In this document: one piece after another, positions 37,449 through 46,786 of the stretch | How positions within the stretch are numbered: position 1 is the first letter of the stretch | How the letters are laid out: every line of letters begins with the position of its first letter | NCBI GenBank assembly: GCA_964483175.1 | Contig: CAZAAT010000001.1 | Coordinates: 7,292-71,291, forward strand | Direction of reading: 5' to 3' | Source of the DNA: an uncultured Bacilli bacterium | GTDB lineage: Bacteria; Bacillota; UBA5301 | Length of the DNA stretch: 64,000 nt | Made by a program: the position numbers and the translations under genes | Notes under the pieces: generated by a model | Seen by the model: only the letters and a program-made list of their open reading frames with translations | Told to the model about the DNA's origin: nothing | Database searches by the model: none

Positions 37449-39116
37449 CTACTCAAAAAAATCATCGATTGAGCAAACCAGATCTTTGCCCATCGCTTTG
37501 GCTCGATACATCGCGCGATCGGCACATTCGATTAACTCGCGGGCCGTCTGCGCATGGTCAGGATAAGTTGCCACACCGATACTGAGAGTAACCACTTGTT
37601 TAGTCGGCGCATCTTGTGACTGAACCTCCCTAAAACGACGGCGCAACCTCTCCGCCAGGACTATCGCCTCTTGAGTCGTGGTGTCAGGTAAAATCACGGT
37701 AAATTCTTCGCCTCCATACCTGGCAACCAGATCCCCTTCCCGGACATTGCCCGCCAAGACTCGGGCTGCTTGGCAAAGCAAGCTATCACCAGCCTGATGT
37801 CCGTAAGTGTCATTGTACTCTTTAAACCAATCCATATCGATCATTAAGAGAGTAAGAACCCCGTTTTTTCGTTCAACTTTGGCGATCTCCTCTGACAGCC
37901 GATCGTGAAAGTGGCGGACATTATACAAGCTTGTAAGCCCATCAGTAATCGCTTGCTTTTTCATTTGTTCATACATGATGGCTTTCTCGATCGCCAAACT
38001 AACCTGAGATGAAACAATGCGGAAAAAATCTCGCTCTTTAATGACATCTTTTAGGCCTACATTAATTAAAGCCATCATTCCCCGAACCTCTCCCCGCACC
38101 AACAGCGGTGTGGCTAAAAACCCGGTGATCCCTGCGTTGAGCAAGTCGTTGTGAATCCCTGCTATCGGTGGGGTCACCCCATGCCTCCAGACTAAAACCT
38201 CCCTAGTTTCGGTTAATAGAGGCTTAACCTTGCTAGCCAGATGCAAGCTCTCAAGCTCGCTTATCTCCTGGCAGATTACCATCTCAGAATCTACCAGTTC
38301 ACCCGGTCCGTTAAGCACAATGAAGGCGGAACTAACTCCAAAAAGCTCAACCGTCTTTTGGAGGGTATGGTTTAACAGGCTATGCAAATCCAGGGTTGCA
38401 GTTGTCGTCTTCAGAACCTCGGTTAATAGGCCAAGCTCCTGATTTCGCCTTACCAGCTCGCCTTGATAAGCTTCGAGGGCCGCAGTATGCTTTTTCAACT
38501 GATCATTCATCTTTTCAAGCTCTAAAGCTCCGGCAACTTGTTCTTGAAACGATTTTTTTAGTTCTTTTAACAGCAAATCTCGCTTCTTGCGCTCTCGCTC
38601 ACTTTCAGCAATCATCCTAGCAAATAAAGATACATACAAGCCCATGACGACCATTGCTATTAGCTGTTTTAACAAGACAACGGAAAGCATGCCCTTGACC
38701 CAACAGGCTAGGGCATAGACCAAAAATACCGTCAGACTAAAAATAAAAGCATTGGAAACGGTCATAAATCGAGCAGACCAAACCACCGCCAGATAAAATA
38801 GGAACGGACCTAAATGGCTGGGATTGGTAACCGATAAAAAGACGAAAACTGCGGCCAACAAATCCAATCCGGCATATACCAGCGATAAAATTGGCTTATC
38901 GGGCTCTTGTTTCTTGCTCCCCAGGGGAAGCAAGAAACAAGTAACCAATAAATAGATAGCCAGCGCGATCGGAGTATATAAAGTCGGACACTCCGCACAA
39001 AAAAAATTAATATCAAAAAAAATCCAGATGCTGGCTGCTATCCGCACGCTTACCAGAATTTTTTCGCCGCTATTTAACTGTCGAAAGGTCTCAATCGGAA
39101 ATTTCAAGATCTGCAC
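37449..39116 (-). CDS. Membrane-anchored diguanylate cyclase (N-terminal multi-TM sensor, GAF domain, GGDEF domain)
   Basis: 555 aa; 5-6 N-terminal TM helices, coiled-coil linker, GAF-like middle, and C-terminal GGDEF with RYGGEEF active site and I-site-like RxxD. Confidence 0.8.
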   Translation of the reverse strand: MQILKFPIETFRQLNSGEKILVSVRIAASIWIFFDINFFCAECPTLYTPIALAIYLLVTCFLLPLGSKKQEPDKPILSLVYAGLDLLAAVFVFLSVTNPSHLGPFLFYLAVVWSARFMTVSNAFIFSLTVFLVYALACWVKGMLSVVLLKQLIAMVVMGLYVSLFARMIAESERERKKRDLLLKELKKSFQEQVAGALELEKMNDQLKKHTAALEAYQGELVRRNQELGLLTEVLKTTTATLDLHSLLNHTLQKTVELFGVSSAFIVLNGPGELVDSEMVICQEISELESLHLASKVKPLLTETREVLVWRHGVTPPIAGIHNDLLNAGITGFLATPLLVRGEVRGMMALINVGLKDVIKERDFFRIVSSQVSLAIEKAIMYEQMKKQAITDGLTSLYNVRHFHDRLSEEIAKVERKNGVLTLLMIDMDWFKEYNDTYGHQAGDSLLCQAARVLAGNVREGDLVARYGGEEFTVILPDTTTQEAIVLAERLRRRFREVQSQDAPTKQVVTLSIGVATYPDHAQTARELIECADRAMYRAKAMGKDLVCSIDDFFE

Positions 39117-39162
39117 TCAGCCTTTGCTTTGTTATCTCCTATCTCAAATGTTTCCATAAATG

Positions 39163-40023
39163 TTAAAAACATCCTGCAGGCTTTTCGAATCTCACTTGAC
39201 ACATTTCAAAGACAGAACATCTGGTTTGGCAGAGATCAGAATCGCCAAAATGACATCCGCGCCTAGCTAGAGCAACCAATGGTAAAACATCGCCAGCAAA
39301 ATAATCGCTAACAACTTTGAGACAGTCTGAACTCCGGATGTCGCGGAGAAAAAACAAGTCTGCGCCCACAAAGCCTAGAAACCAAAGGGGGATTTTCACA
39401 TCATTATCAACAGCCAGACAAGCTTTTTTGTCTAAATCCGGCCAAACCCCGGCATATTTCATCTCCCGGCAATACCAATAAGCGCGCTGGTCAATCCCTG
39501 CAAACTGCCGCAGTGTGGTCACCACATCTGTATCCATATGATGCCGCCCGTAGACCTGTCTGATATCCCCACCATAGTCCGACTGTACTCGCACCGCCGC
39601 TTGCACCAAAGCCTCCGCCTTGCGCTGACGTGGGGTCAAAGCCCGATAATAACGGGATAATACAGATAAGACCTTAATCACCGCACCGGGCTCAACCAAG
39701 CGGTTGATCGCTGTTAGTCCGGCTTGACGCAAGTGCCAAAAAGTTGTGCTAACAACGGACTGTTGCACTTTGGCCCCTAAGAGGATTGCGTAAAGTAATA
39801 ATTCAAAACACCCATCCGCTGTTGTTAGGTTAATTTGCCACCTTTGGTCATCAAGGGGGAATACCTGCTGAGGTTGGGGATAACGCTGATAATCCTCTAT
39901 GACCAAGTTTGCTATTTTCATTAAATCAGTACAATTTGATCTAATCCCAAACAAAAAAACCAGCCTCCTCCTGGATTGGCTGGCTCTAAATATAGCTATA
40001 GCATTATTTATCATTATTGTCAA
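39163..40023 (-). CDS. Hypothetical protein, possibly HhH-GPD-type DNA glycosylase-like, with C-terminal 4-Cys cluster (CX7CX3CX5C)
   Basis: 286 aa; C-terminal CHFGDSDLCQTRCSVFEMC resembles the [4Fe-4S] loop of the EndoIII/MutY family. The helix-hairpin-helix assignment is weak (LRQFAGIDQ). Confidence 0.3.
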   Translation of the reverse strand: MTIMINNAIAIFRASQSRRRLVFLFGIRSNCTDLMKIANLVIEDYQRYPQPQQVFPLDDQRWQINLTTADGCFELLLYAILLGAKVQQSVVSTTFWHLRQAGLTAINRLVEPGAVIKVLSVLSRYYRALTPRQRKAEALVQAAVRVQSDYGGDIRQVYGRHHMDTDVVTTLRQFAGIDQRAYWYCREMKYAGVWPDLDKKACLAVDNDVKIPLWFLGFVGADLFFLRDIRSSDCLKVVSDYFAGDVLPLVALARRGCHFGDSDLCQTRCSVFEMCQVRFEKPAGCF

Positions 40024-40026
40024 TAA

Positions 40027-41526
40027 TTATCTAAGCAATAGGCAAGATAGTATTATCGCTACCGTAGCAGACCAGGCTGAGGCGATCAGATTAACCCAAT
40101 TATTATTTAGCCACCGCAATCCCTTGACAGCCTTGGTTTGACAACCACAGCCATGGATCAACTTCTCGGTATACTTTAAGCAGTATTCGCAATAATACTG
40201 AACTTGCAGGGTCGCACCGATCAGACTGTCCAATAATGCCCCACTCACCCCGGCCACGAAAACTATGGCTGTCCCGATCAAGGTTGATCCCCAATTAAGA
40301 CCACCGATTATACTGAGAACAAATCCGCTCAAAGCCAAAATTCCACTGCCAAAGACAGACCCCCAGATGCCAGCTTTGGTAATACCCCCGGACGTCCCGG
40401 GCAGTACTTCTTTACGAGAGGTTATCAGCCGGGGTTTCCCCCCTAGGGCCTGTCCAATCTCGGTTGCCCAGGTATCAGCGGTTACACCGGCTAGAGAGCC
40501 TAAAAATCCAAGATACAGTAGATATAGATCAGCTATATTCAGAAAGGACAGAATTGCTAAGACGATGCCAATTCCCCCGTTGGCTAAGACCTGATTAACA
40601 CCTCTGCGTGTATCCGTTCTATCTTCGATCTCATCTGAGCTACGCCGGCGACTCCAATAACTCAAGATACTAGAAGAAACGAAGAAAACTAAGATCGGCG
40701 GAATCCAATTCCAGCCACCAAAGGTGTACAGAAAAGAACCGACCAAAATGGCCCCGGCGACCCCGCCTTCATCGAGTGCCTTGAGCCAATAAGCAAGAAG
40801 CGAGAACAGAAAACTCCCGACGATCCCGGTTACAAAGACACTAATTTGTGCAATCGGAATGTTCGTTTGAATTAAATAATAGAGGAAAAACGCTGTTCCC
40901 ACCGGGACAATAAAATTATCGGTCCCGCGTATACTGACCGCTTCGAGTAATGCGGCAAACGCTGAAGTTAAAGTGACATAACTGATTAATTCTTGGTCGG
41001 AGAGCCCCATTATTTGAGCAGCGACAACTGCCAATGCTCCCCAGGAGCCGGCGAACATACCAAGGGTGCCTTCCCAGCTCTTCGTTTCGTCATAGATAAA
41101 ATATTTATGTTTACCCCAGTAACTACCGATTAGCGCAGCTAGGGTATCGCCCCAGCCAAAAACTAATAGCCCGGCGATGGCATAAACCTGCTGATCTTTT
41201 CCCCAGAAAAGGTTAAACAAAAAGATAATGGCGAGAAAAATATAGACGATGCCGAATACACTTTGTCGCTGGCTGGCGCTCTTTAATCCGCTCCCAACAG
41301 CCAAGTAGATCAGGCCAAAAATTCCGGGGGCGATGATAAACCAGTGCCATTCGGAAAATAATGGCGGCAAAATCAGCGCGCTGCTGGCTAGGCCGATAAT
41401 CGTCAAGCGACGAACCATTAAGGAGCTCAGGCGAAACCAAATTCGCAGTAACTCGGCTCCCAATAATACTATGACAAAATAGAATAAACTAACAACAACT
41501 GCAACCGCACTATTTAAGGACATCAA
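40027..41526 (-). CDS. Polytopic membrane protein: CTP-dependent prenol-kinase/CdsA-like N-terminal half fused to a DUF92 (TMEM19-like) C-terminal half, ending in a Cys-x2-Cys...Cys-x-Cys motif
   Basis: 499 aa with about 12 TM helices. N-terminal half has FGWGDTLAALIGSYWGKHKY (CdsA/VTE5/dolichol-kinase-like). C-terminal half has DUF92 hallmarks ADTWATEIG and PGTSGGITKAG, then CEYC...CGC. Confidence 0.45.
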   Translation of the reverse strand: MMSLNSAVAVVVSLFYFVIVLLGAELLRIWFRLSSLMVRRLTIIGLASSALILPPLFSEWHWFIIAPGIFGLIYLAVGSGLKSASQRQSVFGIVYIFLAIIFLFNLFWGKDQQVYAIAGLLVFGWGDTLAALIGSYWGKHKYFIYDETKSWEGTLGMFAGSWGALAVVAAQIMGLSDQELISYVTLTSAFAALLEAVSIRGTDNFIVPVGTAFFLYYLIQTNIPIAQISVFVTGIVGSFLFSLLAYWLKALDEGGVAGAILVGSFLYTFGGWNWIPPILVFFVSSSILSYWSRRRSSDEIEDRTDTRRGVNQVLANGGIGIVLAILSFLNIADLYLLYLGFLGSLAGVTADTWATEIGQALGGKPRLITSRKEVLPGTSGGITKAGIWGSVFGSGILALSGFVLSIIGGLNWGSTLIGTAIVFVAGVSGALLDSLIGATLQVQYYCEYCLKYTEKLIHGCGCQTKAVKGLRWLNNNWVNLIASAWSATVAIILSCLLLR

Positions 41527-42191
41527 ATACCACTCTTTTCTGTCAACAGTTGCGCAAAATGCTTTAAAATATCGGCAAAAGTCTCGTATGGTACATAGCT
41601 AATCCCTTGCTCCTGACAGTAGCGGGCCAATGTTCCCTTGGCATATACCAGATCCGCCTCTTTGACAGCACATTCATCGCTAATCCCATCACCGATGTAA
41701 ACAATAAACCAATTCTGCCCTTTGCGGGCAGTTACAATCTGCTTTTTGCAAGTCCCACATTTGCCGCATTCCAAGTTTTCGTAAGGATGGGTAAACACAA
41801 CACCCTGAGGCCCCACCTCAACGGTGTTGGCATAGAAGACTAAGTCCTGCAGCCCGGTGCGCTCCAAATAGTCCTCAATATAAATATTCATACCGTCGCT
41901 GATGATTTCTAACGGTACATCATGCTCGCTGCAATAACGCACAAACTGAGGGAAAAATGGATCTGGGCGAACATTCTCGCGAAGATACTCGATAATCTCC
42001 TGAGTACTGTAAGCTCCAAAGTTGCGATAAATAACCGGCAGATACTGGCGTGATTTGCCGCCAGCCTCGAGAATGGCGTATTCTTTTTCTCGCCAATAGG
42101 CATCCGCAAACTTATCCAGTAATTTGACCTGGTTATCATCAAGCGTTATCGTCCCATCAAAATCGCTATATACCCAATATGGTTTGGCCAC
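41523..42191 (-). CDS. HAD-IB family phosphatase, MtnX-like (2-hydroxy-3-keto-5-methylthiopentenyl-1-phosphate phosphatase family)
   Basis: N-terminal HAD motif I VYSDFDGTIT, motif IV IGDGISDECAVKEADLVYAKG, and Cys cluster CGKCGTCKKQ as in Bacillus MtnX. Confidence 0.55.
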   Translation of the reverse strand: MAKPYWVYSDFDGTITLDDNQVKLLDKFADAYWREKEYAILEAGGKSRQYLPVIYRNFGAYSTQEIIEYLRENVRPDPFFPQFVRYCSEHDVPLEIISDGMNIYIEDYLERTGLQDLVFYANTVEVGPQGVVFTHPYENLECGKCGTCKKQIVTARKGQNWFIVYIGDGISDECAVKEADLVYAKGTLARYCQEQGISYVPYETFADILKHFAQLLTEKSGI

Positions 42192-42211
42192 TTGTCTCCC
42201 CCTACCGCGAC

Positions 42212-42997
42212 CTACTGATTATAGGTGTATATTCCAAAGAGTTCAGCTACATTCTGATTAACCTGTTCGCGTAGTTCTGGTTCTGAAATTCCCTTGATGC
42301 TAGCCAGTTTCGTCAATATGGCGGGCACGAATTTTGGCTCATTTCGTCTGCCGCGGTACGGAACCGGCGCCAAATACGGTGAGTCGGTCTCCAGCAGAAT
42401 GCTTTCAAGCGGTACTGCTCGCGCCACCTCAACCGGTTTTTTCGCATTTTTAAAGGTTACAGTCCCCCCGATTCCGATATAGTAGCCCAACTTTACACAT
42501 TCCGCAGCCAACTCCGGGCTACCGGAAAAACAGTGCAATACGCCTCGCACCACCCCTTGGAATTCCTTGAGGATTTCAAGCGTATCGGCATGAGCCTCCC
42601 GATTATGAATTATCACCGGCAGACCTTTTTCCGAAGCCAGGGCCATCTGATCGCGAAAAACCGCCAACTGCGTCTCTCGGGGGGAGAAGTTGTAATAATA
42701 GTCCAACCCGATCTCCCCAATAGCAACCACTTTTTCGTTGGCAGCCAGCTCGCTCAGGGATAATCGTGTTTCCTGATCGTAACTACTGGCCTCATGGGGA
42801 TGAACCCCCACAGCAGCAAATAAGCCCGGATACTGTTGGGCCTGAACAATCGCCCGACGTGAAGTAACAAGGTCTGAGCCGGGAATCACAATTTGGCTCA
42901 CCCCGGCAGCGGCGGCTTCCCTGACAACCTCCTGCCAATCAACGGCAAACTGCTCATCGTTCAGATGGGCATGGGTATCGGCCAAAGGGGTGGTCAT
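42212..42997 (-). CDS. tatD: TatD-family metal-dependent hydrolase (DNase)
   Basis: N-terminal DTHAHLND and the conserved His/Glu/Asp ligands. 261 aa. Follows metG as yabD does in Bacillus. Confidence 0.85.
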   Translation of the reverse strand: MTTPLADTHAHLNDEQFAVDWQEVVREAAAAGVSQIVIPGSDLVTSRRAIVQAQQYPGLFAAVGVHPHEASSYDQETRLSLSELAANEKVVAIGEIGLDYYYNFSPRETQLAVFRDQMALASEKGLPVIIHNREAHADTLEILKEFQGVVRGVLHCFSGSPELAAECVKLGYYIGIGGTVTFKNAKKPVEVARAVPLESILLETDSPYLAPVPYRGRRNEPKFVPAILTKLASIKGISEPELREQVNQNVAELFGIYTYNQ

Positions 42998-44916
42998 TTC
43001 ACCCGTCCCCCAGAAGGAATCTCCCTTTCTGGAGTAATCAGAGCTAACTGGTCATCACTGGAGGCGGCCAAGAGCATTCCCTGTGAAAGCTCACCGCGAA
43101 GTTTGGCCGGTTTAAGATTGGCAACAATCACGATCTCTTTGCCGACCAACTCCTCCGGCTTGTAGTGTTCGGCGATACCAGCCACAATCTGGCGCTGCTC
43201 CGGTCCGACCTGGACTTGAAGCTTTAACAATCTATCCGCATTAGGATGCTGCTGGGCCTGGATTATTTTGGCTACCCGTAGATCAATCTTAGCAAAATCG
43301 TCAATGGTGATTTCTTCTTTGAGGTCGGTCAAGGTCTGCGGTGCTTCTGCCTCCATCGGCGTTTCCTCCTCTGCTACTGTCTCCGCCTCAACCCGTGGAA
43401 AGAGAGGCGGGCCCTGAATAATCTTGTTTCCTGCCGGATAGCCCCCCCAAGATTCAAGTTGACTAAAACGATAGTCCTGAACGCTACCGGCAAGCCCCAA
43501 TAGCCCCCACATTTTGTCCGCGGTTGAAGGCATTAGTGGCCCGATTAGCACCGCCACTTGGCGAAGCGTTTCGAATAGAGTATACATTACCGTCGCCAGT
43601 CGTTGACGATCCGTTTTGGCCAACACCCAGGGGGCTGATTCATCGATGTATTTGTTAGCGGCGGCGATCAACCGCCAGACCTCGGCAACGGCTTGGTTGA
43701 TCTCGAGGTTGTCAAATAAAGTCCGGTAGTTGTCCAGCACCTCTCGGGATAGCGTTTGCAGCTTGCGATCAAGATCCTGATATTCACCGGACTCAGGAAC
43801 GATAAAATCAAAGTATTTACCCAGCATTGCGGTTGATCGATGTAGCAGATTGCCCAAGTCATTGGCCAGATCTGAATTCAACCTTTTGATTAGAGCTTCA
43901 CGTGAGAAGTGGCCATCACTACCGAAAGAGATTTCGCGGAGCAAGAAGTAGCGGAGCGGATCAGCTCCAAATTCGTTAATCAGCTCAATCGGGTCGATGA
44001 CATTGCCCTTGGACTTGGACATCTTGCCACCGTCTAAGACCAGCCACCCATGGCCAAAGACGGTCTTGGGAAGCGGCAAATCCAAGGCCATCAACATAAT
44101 CGGCCAAATAATCGTGTGAAACCGCATAATCTCCTTGCCAACCAGATGGAGATCGGCCGGCCAAAACTGAGCAAAGCGCTCCGCATCTTGATATATACCG
44201 GCGGAAGTCACATAGTTTGAAAGAGCGTCAAACCAGACATAGATCACATGCCCCTCGTCAATTGGGACAGGAATTCCCCAATCAAAGGTAGTTCTGGAAA
44301 TACACAGATCCTCGAGGCCACTCTTAATAAAGGCAACCATCTCATTTTTACGGGACTCCGGCCGGATAAACTCCGGATGAGTCTCAATATGCTCCAGAAG
44401 GCGATCCGCGTATTTGGACAGCCGGAAAAAGTAGGACTCTTCTTTGGTTAACTCCACCGGTCTTTGGCAATCGGGGTTCGGGCACTTACCATCGACCAAT
44501 TGTCGCTCCAACCAGAAGGTTTCACAAGGAGTGCAATACCACCCCTCATATTCGCTCTTGTAAATATCGCCCTTCTCCCAAATCCGCCGGAAGATCTCTT
44601 GGACTACCTTCTGATGTCGGGGCTCGGTGGTCCGAATAAAATCGTCGTATGAGATATCAAGCAATCTCCACAGCTCTTTGAAACTATCAACAATAGGATC
44701 AACATACTCAATGGGAGTAGCCCCTTTTTCCTTGGCTTTGCGTTCAATTTTCTGGCCATGCTCATCTGAGCCGGTCATAAACAAAACCTTGTATCCGCTC
44801 ATTCGGCGATACCGGGCTATCACATCGGCGATAGTAGTAGTATAGGAGTGGCCGATATGCAGCTTATCACTGGGATAGTAAATTGGTGTGCTTAGACAAT
44901 ACGTCTTCTCCGACAT
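42994..44916 (-). CDS. metG: Methionine--tRNA ligase with C-terminal tRNA-binding (EMAP-like) domain
   Basis: HIGH motif PIYYPSDKLHIGH, KMSKS motif, zinc knuckle CTPCETF...CPNPDC, and C-terminal tRNA-binding domain. Confidence 0.95.
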   Translation of the reverse strand: MSEKTYCLSTPIYYPSDKLHIGHSYTTTIADVIARYRRMSGYKVLFMTGSDEHGQKIERKAKEKGATPIEYVDPIVDSFKELWRLLDISYDDFIRTTEPRHQKVVQEIFRRIWEKGDIYKSEYEGWYCTPCETFWLERQLVDGKCPNPDCQRPVELTKEESYFFRLSKYADRLLEHIETHPEFIRPESRKNEMVAFIKSGLEDLCISRTTFDWGIPVPIDEGHVIYVWFDALSNYVTSAGIYQDAERFAQFWPADLHLVGKEIMRFHTIIWPIMLMALDLPLPKTVFGHGWLVLDGGKMSKSKGNVIDPIELINEFGADPLRYFLLREISFGSDGHFSREALIKRLNSDLANDLGNLLHRSTAMLGKYFDFIVPESGEYQDLDRKLQTLSREVLDNYRTLFDNLEINQAVAEVWRLIAAANKYIDESAPWVLAKTDRQRLATVMYTLFETLRQVAVLIGPLMPSTADKMWGLLGLAGSVQDYRFSQLESWGGYPAGNKIIQGPPLFPRVEAETVAEEETPMEAEAPQTLTDLKEEITIDDFAKIDLRVAKIIQAQQHPNADRLLKLQVQVGPEQRQIVAGIAEHYKPEELVGKEIVIVANLKPAKLRGELSQGMLLAASSDDQLALITPEREIPSGGRVK

Positions 44917-44919
44917 AAA

Positions 44920-45441
44920 TTAGACCTCCTTATCACCTACAGCATCTTCGGAAAATCGCCGGATGAACCAGGCAAAAAACAGACCAGATAGCAAGGTCAG
45001 CACGGCAAAGGTCGTCAGCTTAAATAAAATGCCCCCTGACTCGATGGTCAAGTACCCGTACATCGCCGATCCACCAAGATCATACACCAAAGCCAGTAGA
45101 GCCAAGCCTAGCTGGGCTAAAGCCACCTGTCCCTGGCCGCGCGCTTGAAAGTACTGTTGAATTAGAGCCGCACCCGAACCGAAAATCACTGCCATCGCAA
45201 CCATCACATCAACGGGGATGCCGAAAATGGCAAATCCCTCGGCCTGATAAGACCAGAATCCTTGCAGGTAAGCGATGATTTCAAAGGGCAGGCGCACTAC
45301 GAAGAAGATCAGTCCGGTAGCCCAAATCCCCTGCTTCTCTACTGAAGAAAGCTTCTCCCGCTTAATTAATAAGTACACGACCAAAATGCTAATTGCAAGG
45401 GTTCGCACTCGAAAACCTGAAAATCCTGACAACCAGCTCAT
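44920..45441 (-). CDS. Hypothetical integral membrane protein (5 TM)
   Basis: 173 aa. Stop is 3 nt before the metG start, so the metG RBS lies inside it and the two are co-transcribed. Confidence 0.5.
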   Translation of the reverse strand: MSWLSGFSGFRVRTLAISILVVYLLIKREKLSSVEKQGIWATGLIFFVVRLPFEIIAYLQGFWSYQAEGFAIFGIPVDVMVAMAVIFGSGAALIQQYFQARGQGQVALAQLGLALLALVYDLGGSAMYGYLTIESGGILFKLTTFAVLTLLSGLFFAWFIRRFSEDAVGDKEV

Positions 45442-45453
45442 GCGAGCCCCCCC

Positions 45454-46779
45454 TTATGATCGTGATTCAACCACCGTCAAGACATCATCCAAGGCGGAGA
45501 CCAATTGATCTACGTCGTCCTTGGTAATGACCAATGGCGGCTGAAAAGCCAATACGTTACGGTCGATTCCGTTTTTCCCAATTAATATGCCACGATCTTT
45601 TAGTTGCTCGAGGATCAAATCCGTCTCCTCGCTCGCCGGTACTTTAGCAGGATCGTTTTTATCTTTCACCAGTTCGGCCCCTACCATTAACCCTAATCCG
45701 CGAATATCCCCGATGAGCCTGTGTTTCTCGGCCAAACCGCTAAGCTGCTCACGCAAATATCCGCCAAGCTCGGTCGCTCTAGCCGCTAAGTTCTCTTCGA
45801 TAAGATAATCAATCACTGCCAGACCAGCTGTTGCGGAAACAGGGTTGCCACCCAAGGTGGAAGCCCCCGGCCGGGTATAACTCTTGGCGATCTCATCGGT
45901 AGTAATGAATGCGCTTATTGGTGCTCCATTGCCCAAGGCCTTGGCCACAGTCATAATATCGGGAGCGACATCCCAGTGCTCGATGGCAAACATCTTACCG
46001 GTACGGGCAAACCCGGTTTGCACCTCATCTACGATTAAGAGGATCCCGTACTTGTCCAGAATCTCCCGCACTCGTTCAAAGTAACCAGGCGGAGGGGTAA
46101 TAATGCCTCCATTACCTTGAATCGGCTCGACAAACATCGCCGCGACCTCGCGGGAGGTCTGGGTTTGAATAGCCCTTTCAACAGCATCAGCACACTTAAG
46201 ATCACACCCCGGATAGCTTAAGCCTAATGGGCAGCGGTAACAGTAAGCATTCGGAACAAAGCTGATCCCACCAACCGGATTGAGGTCGGTCCGCCACATC
46301 GATAAGCCGGTCAGGCTCATCGTAAACGACGTCCGCCCGTGCAAACCCTGCTGGAGCGCTAAAAACTCATACCTTTTAGTATGCAATTTAGCCAAGACCG
46401 CCGCTCCGTCATTGGCCTCACTGCCGGTAGAACAGAAAAAGCTGCGTTTCAAGTTGCCAGGGGTTACTTGCGCCAACCGTTCGGCAAGATTAACAATCGG
46501 CTCAGTCAGATAAATGTTACAGACATGTTGGAGCGTCTGAACCTGCTCGCCAACCCGATCAGTGATCACCGGGTTGCAGTGTCCGCAGTTAATTACCGAT
46601 ACCCCGGCATAAAAATCAAGGTACTGGCGGCCTTCATGATCGTAGACATACTGCATATCACCTTTAACTAGTTGCATCGGTTCGGCGTAAAAGTGATATA
46701 AGCACGGAATTAAATACTCCTGTTTTTTGCGGAGAATCTCCTCCGGACCTAGATAGCTCATGGTACCTCTCCTCCCCAA
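45454..46779 (-). CDS. Class-III pyridoxal-phosphate-dependent aminotransferase (omega-/GABA-/acetylornithine-aminotransferase family)
   Basis: 441 aa; PLP-lysine region DEVQTGFARTGKMFA and GSEANDGA motif. Confidence 0.8.
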   Translation of the reverse strand: MGRRGTMSYLGPEEILRKKQEYLIPCLYHFYAEPMQLVKGDMQYVYDHEGRQYLDFYAGVSVINCGHCNPVITDRVGEQVQTLQHVCNIYLTEPIVNLAERLAQVTPGNLKRSFFCSTGSEANDGAAVLAKLHTKRYEFLALQQGLHGRTSFTMSLTGLSMWRTDLNPVGGISFVPNAYCYRCPLGLSYPGCDLKCADAVERAIQTQTSREVAAMFVEPIQGNGGIITPPPGYFERVREILDKYGILLIVDEVQTGFARTGKMFAIEHWDVAPDIMTVAKALGNGAPISAFITTDEIAKSYTRPGASTLGGNPVSATAGLAVIDYLIEENLAARATELGGYLREQLSGLAEKHRLIGDIRGLGLMVGAELVKDKNDPAKVPASEETDLILEQLKDRGILIGKNGIDRNVLAFQPPLVITKDDVDQLVSALDDVLTVVESRS

Positions 46780-46786
46780 AAATAGT

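Noticed and set aside
44917-44960. T-box leader upstream of metG
   Set aside because: metG starts 3 nt after the preceding membrane-protein gene, so there is no leader space.
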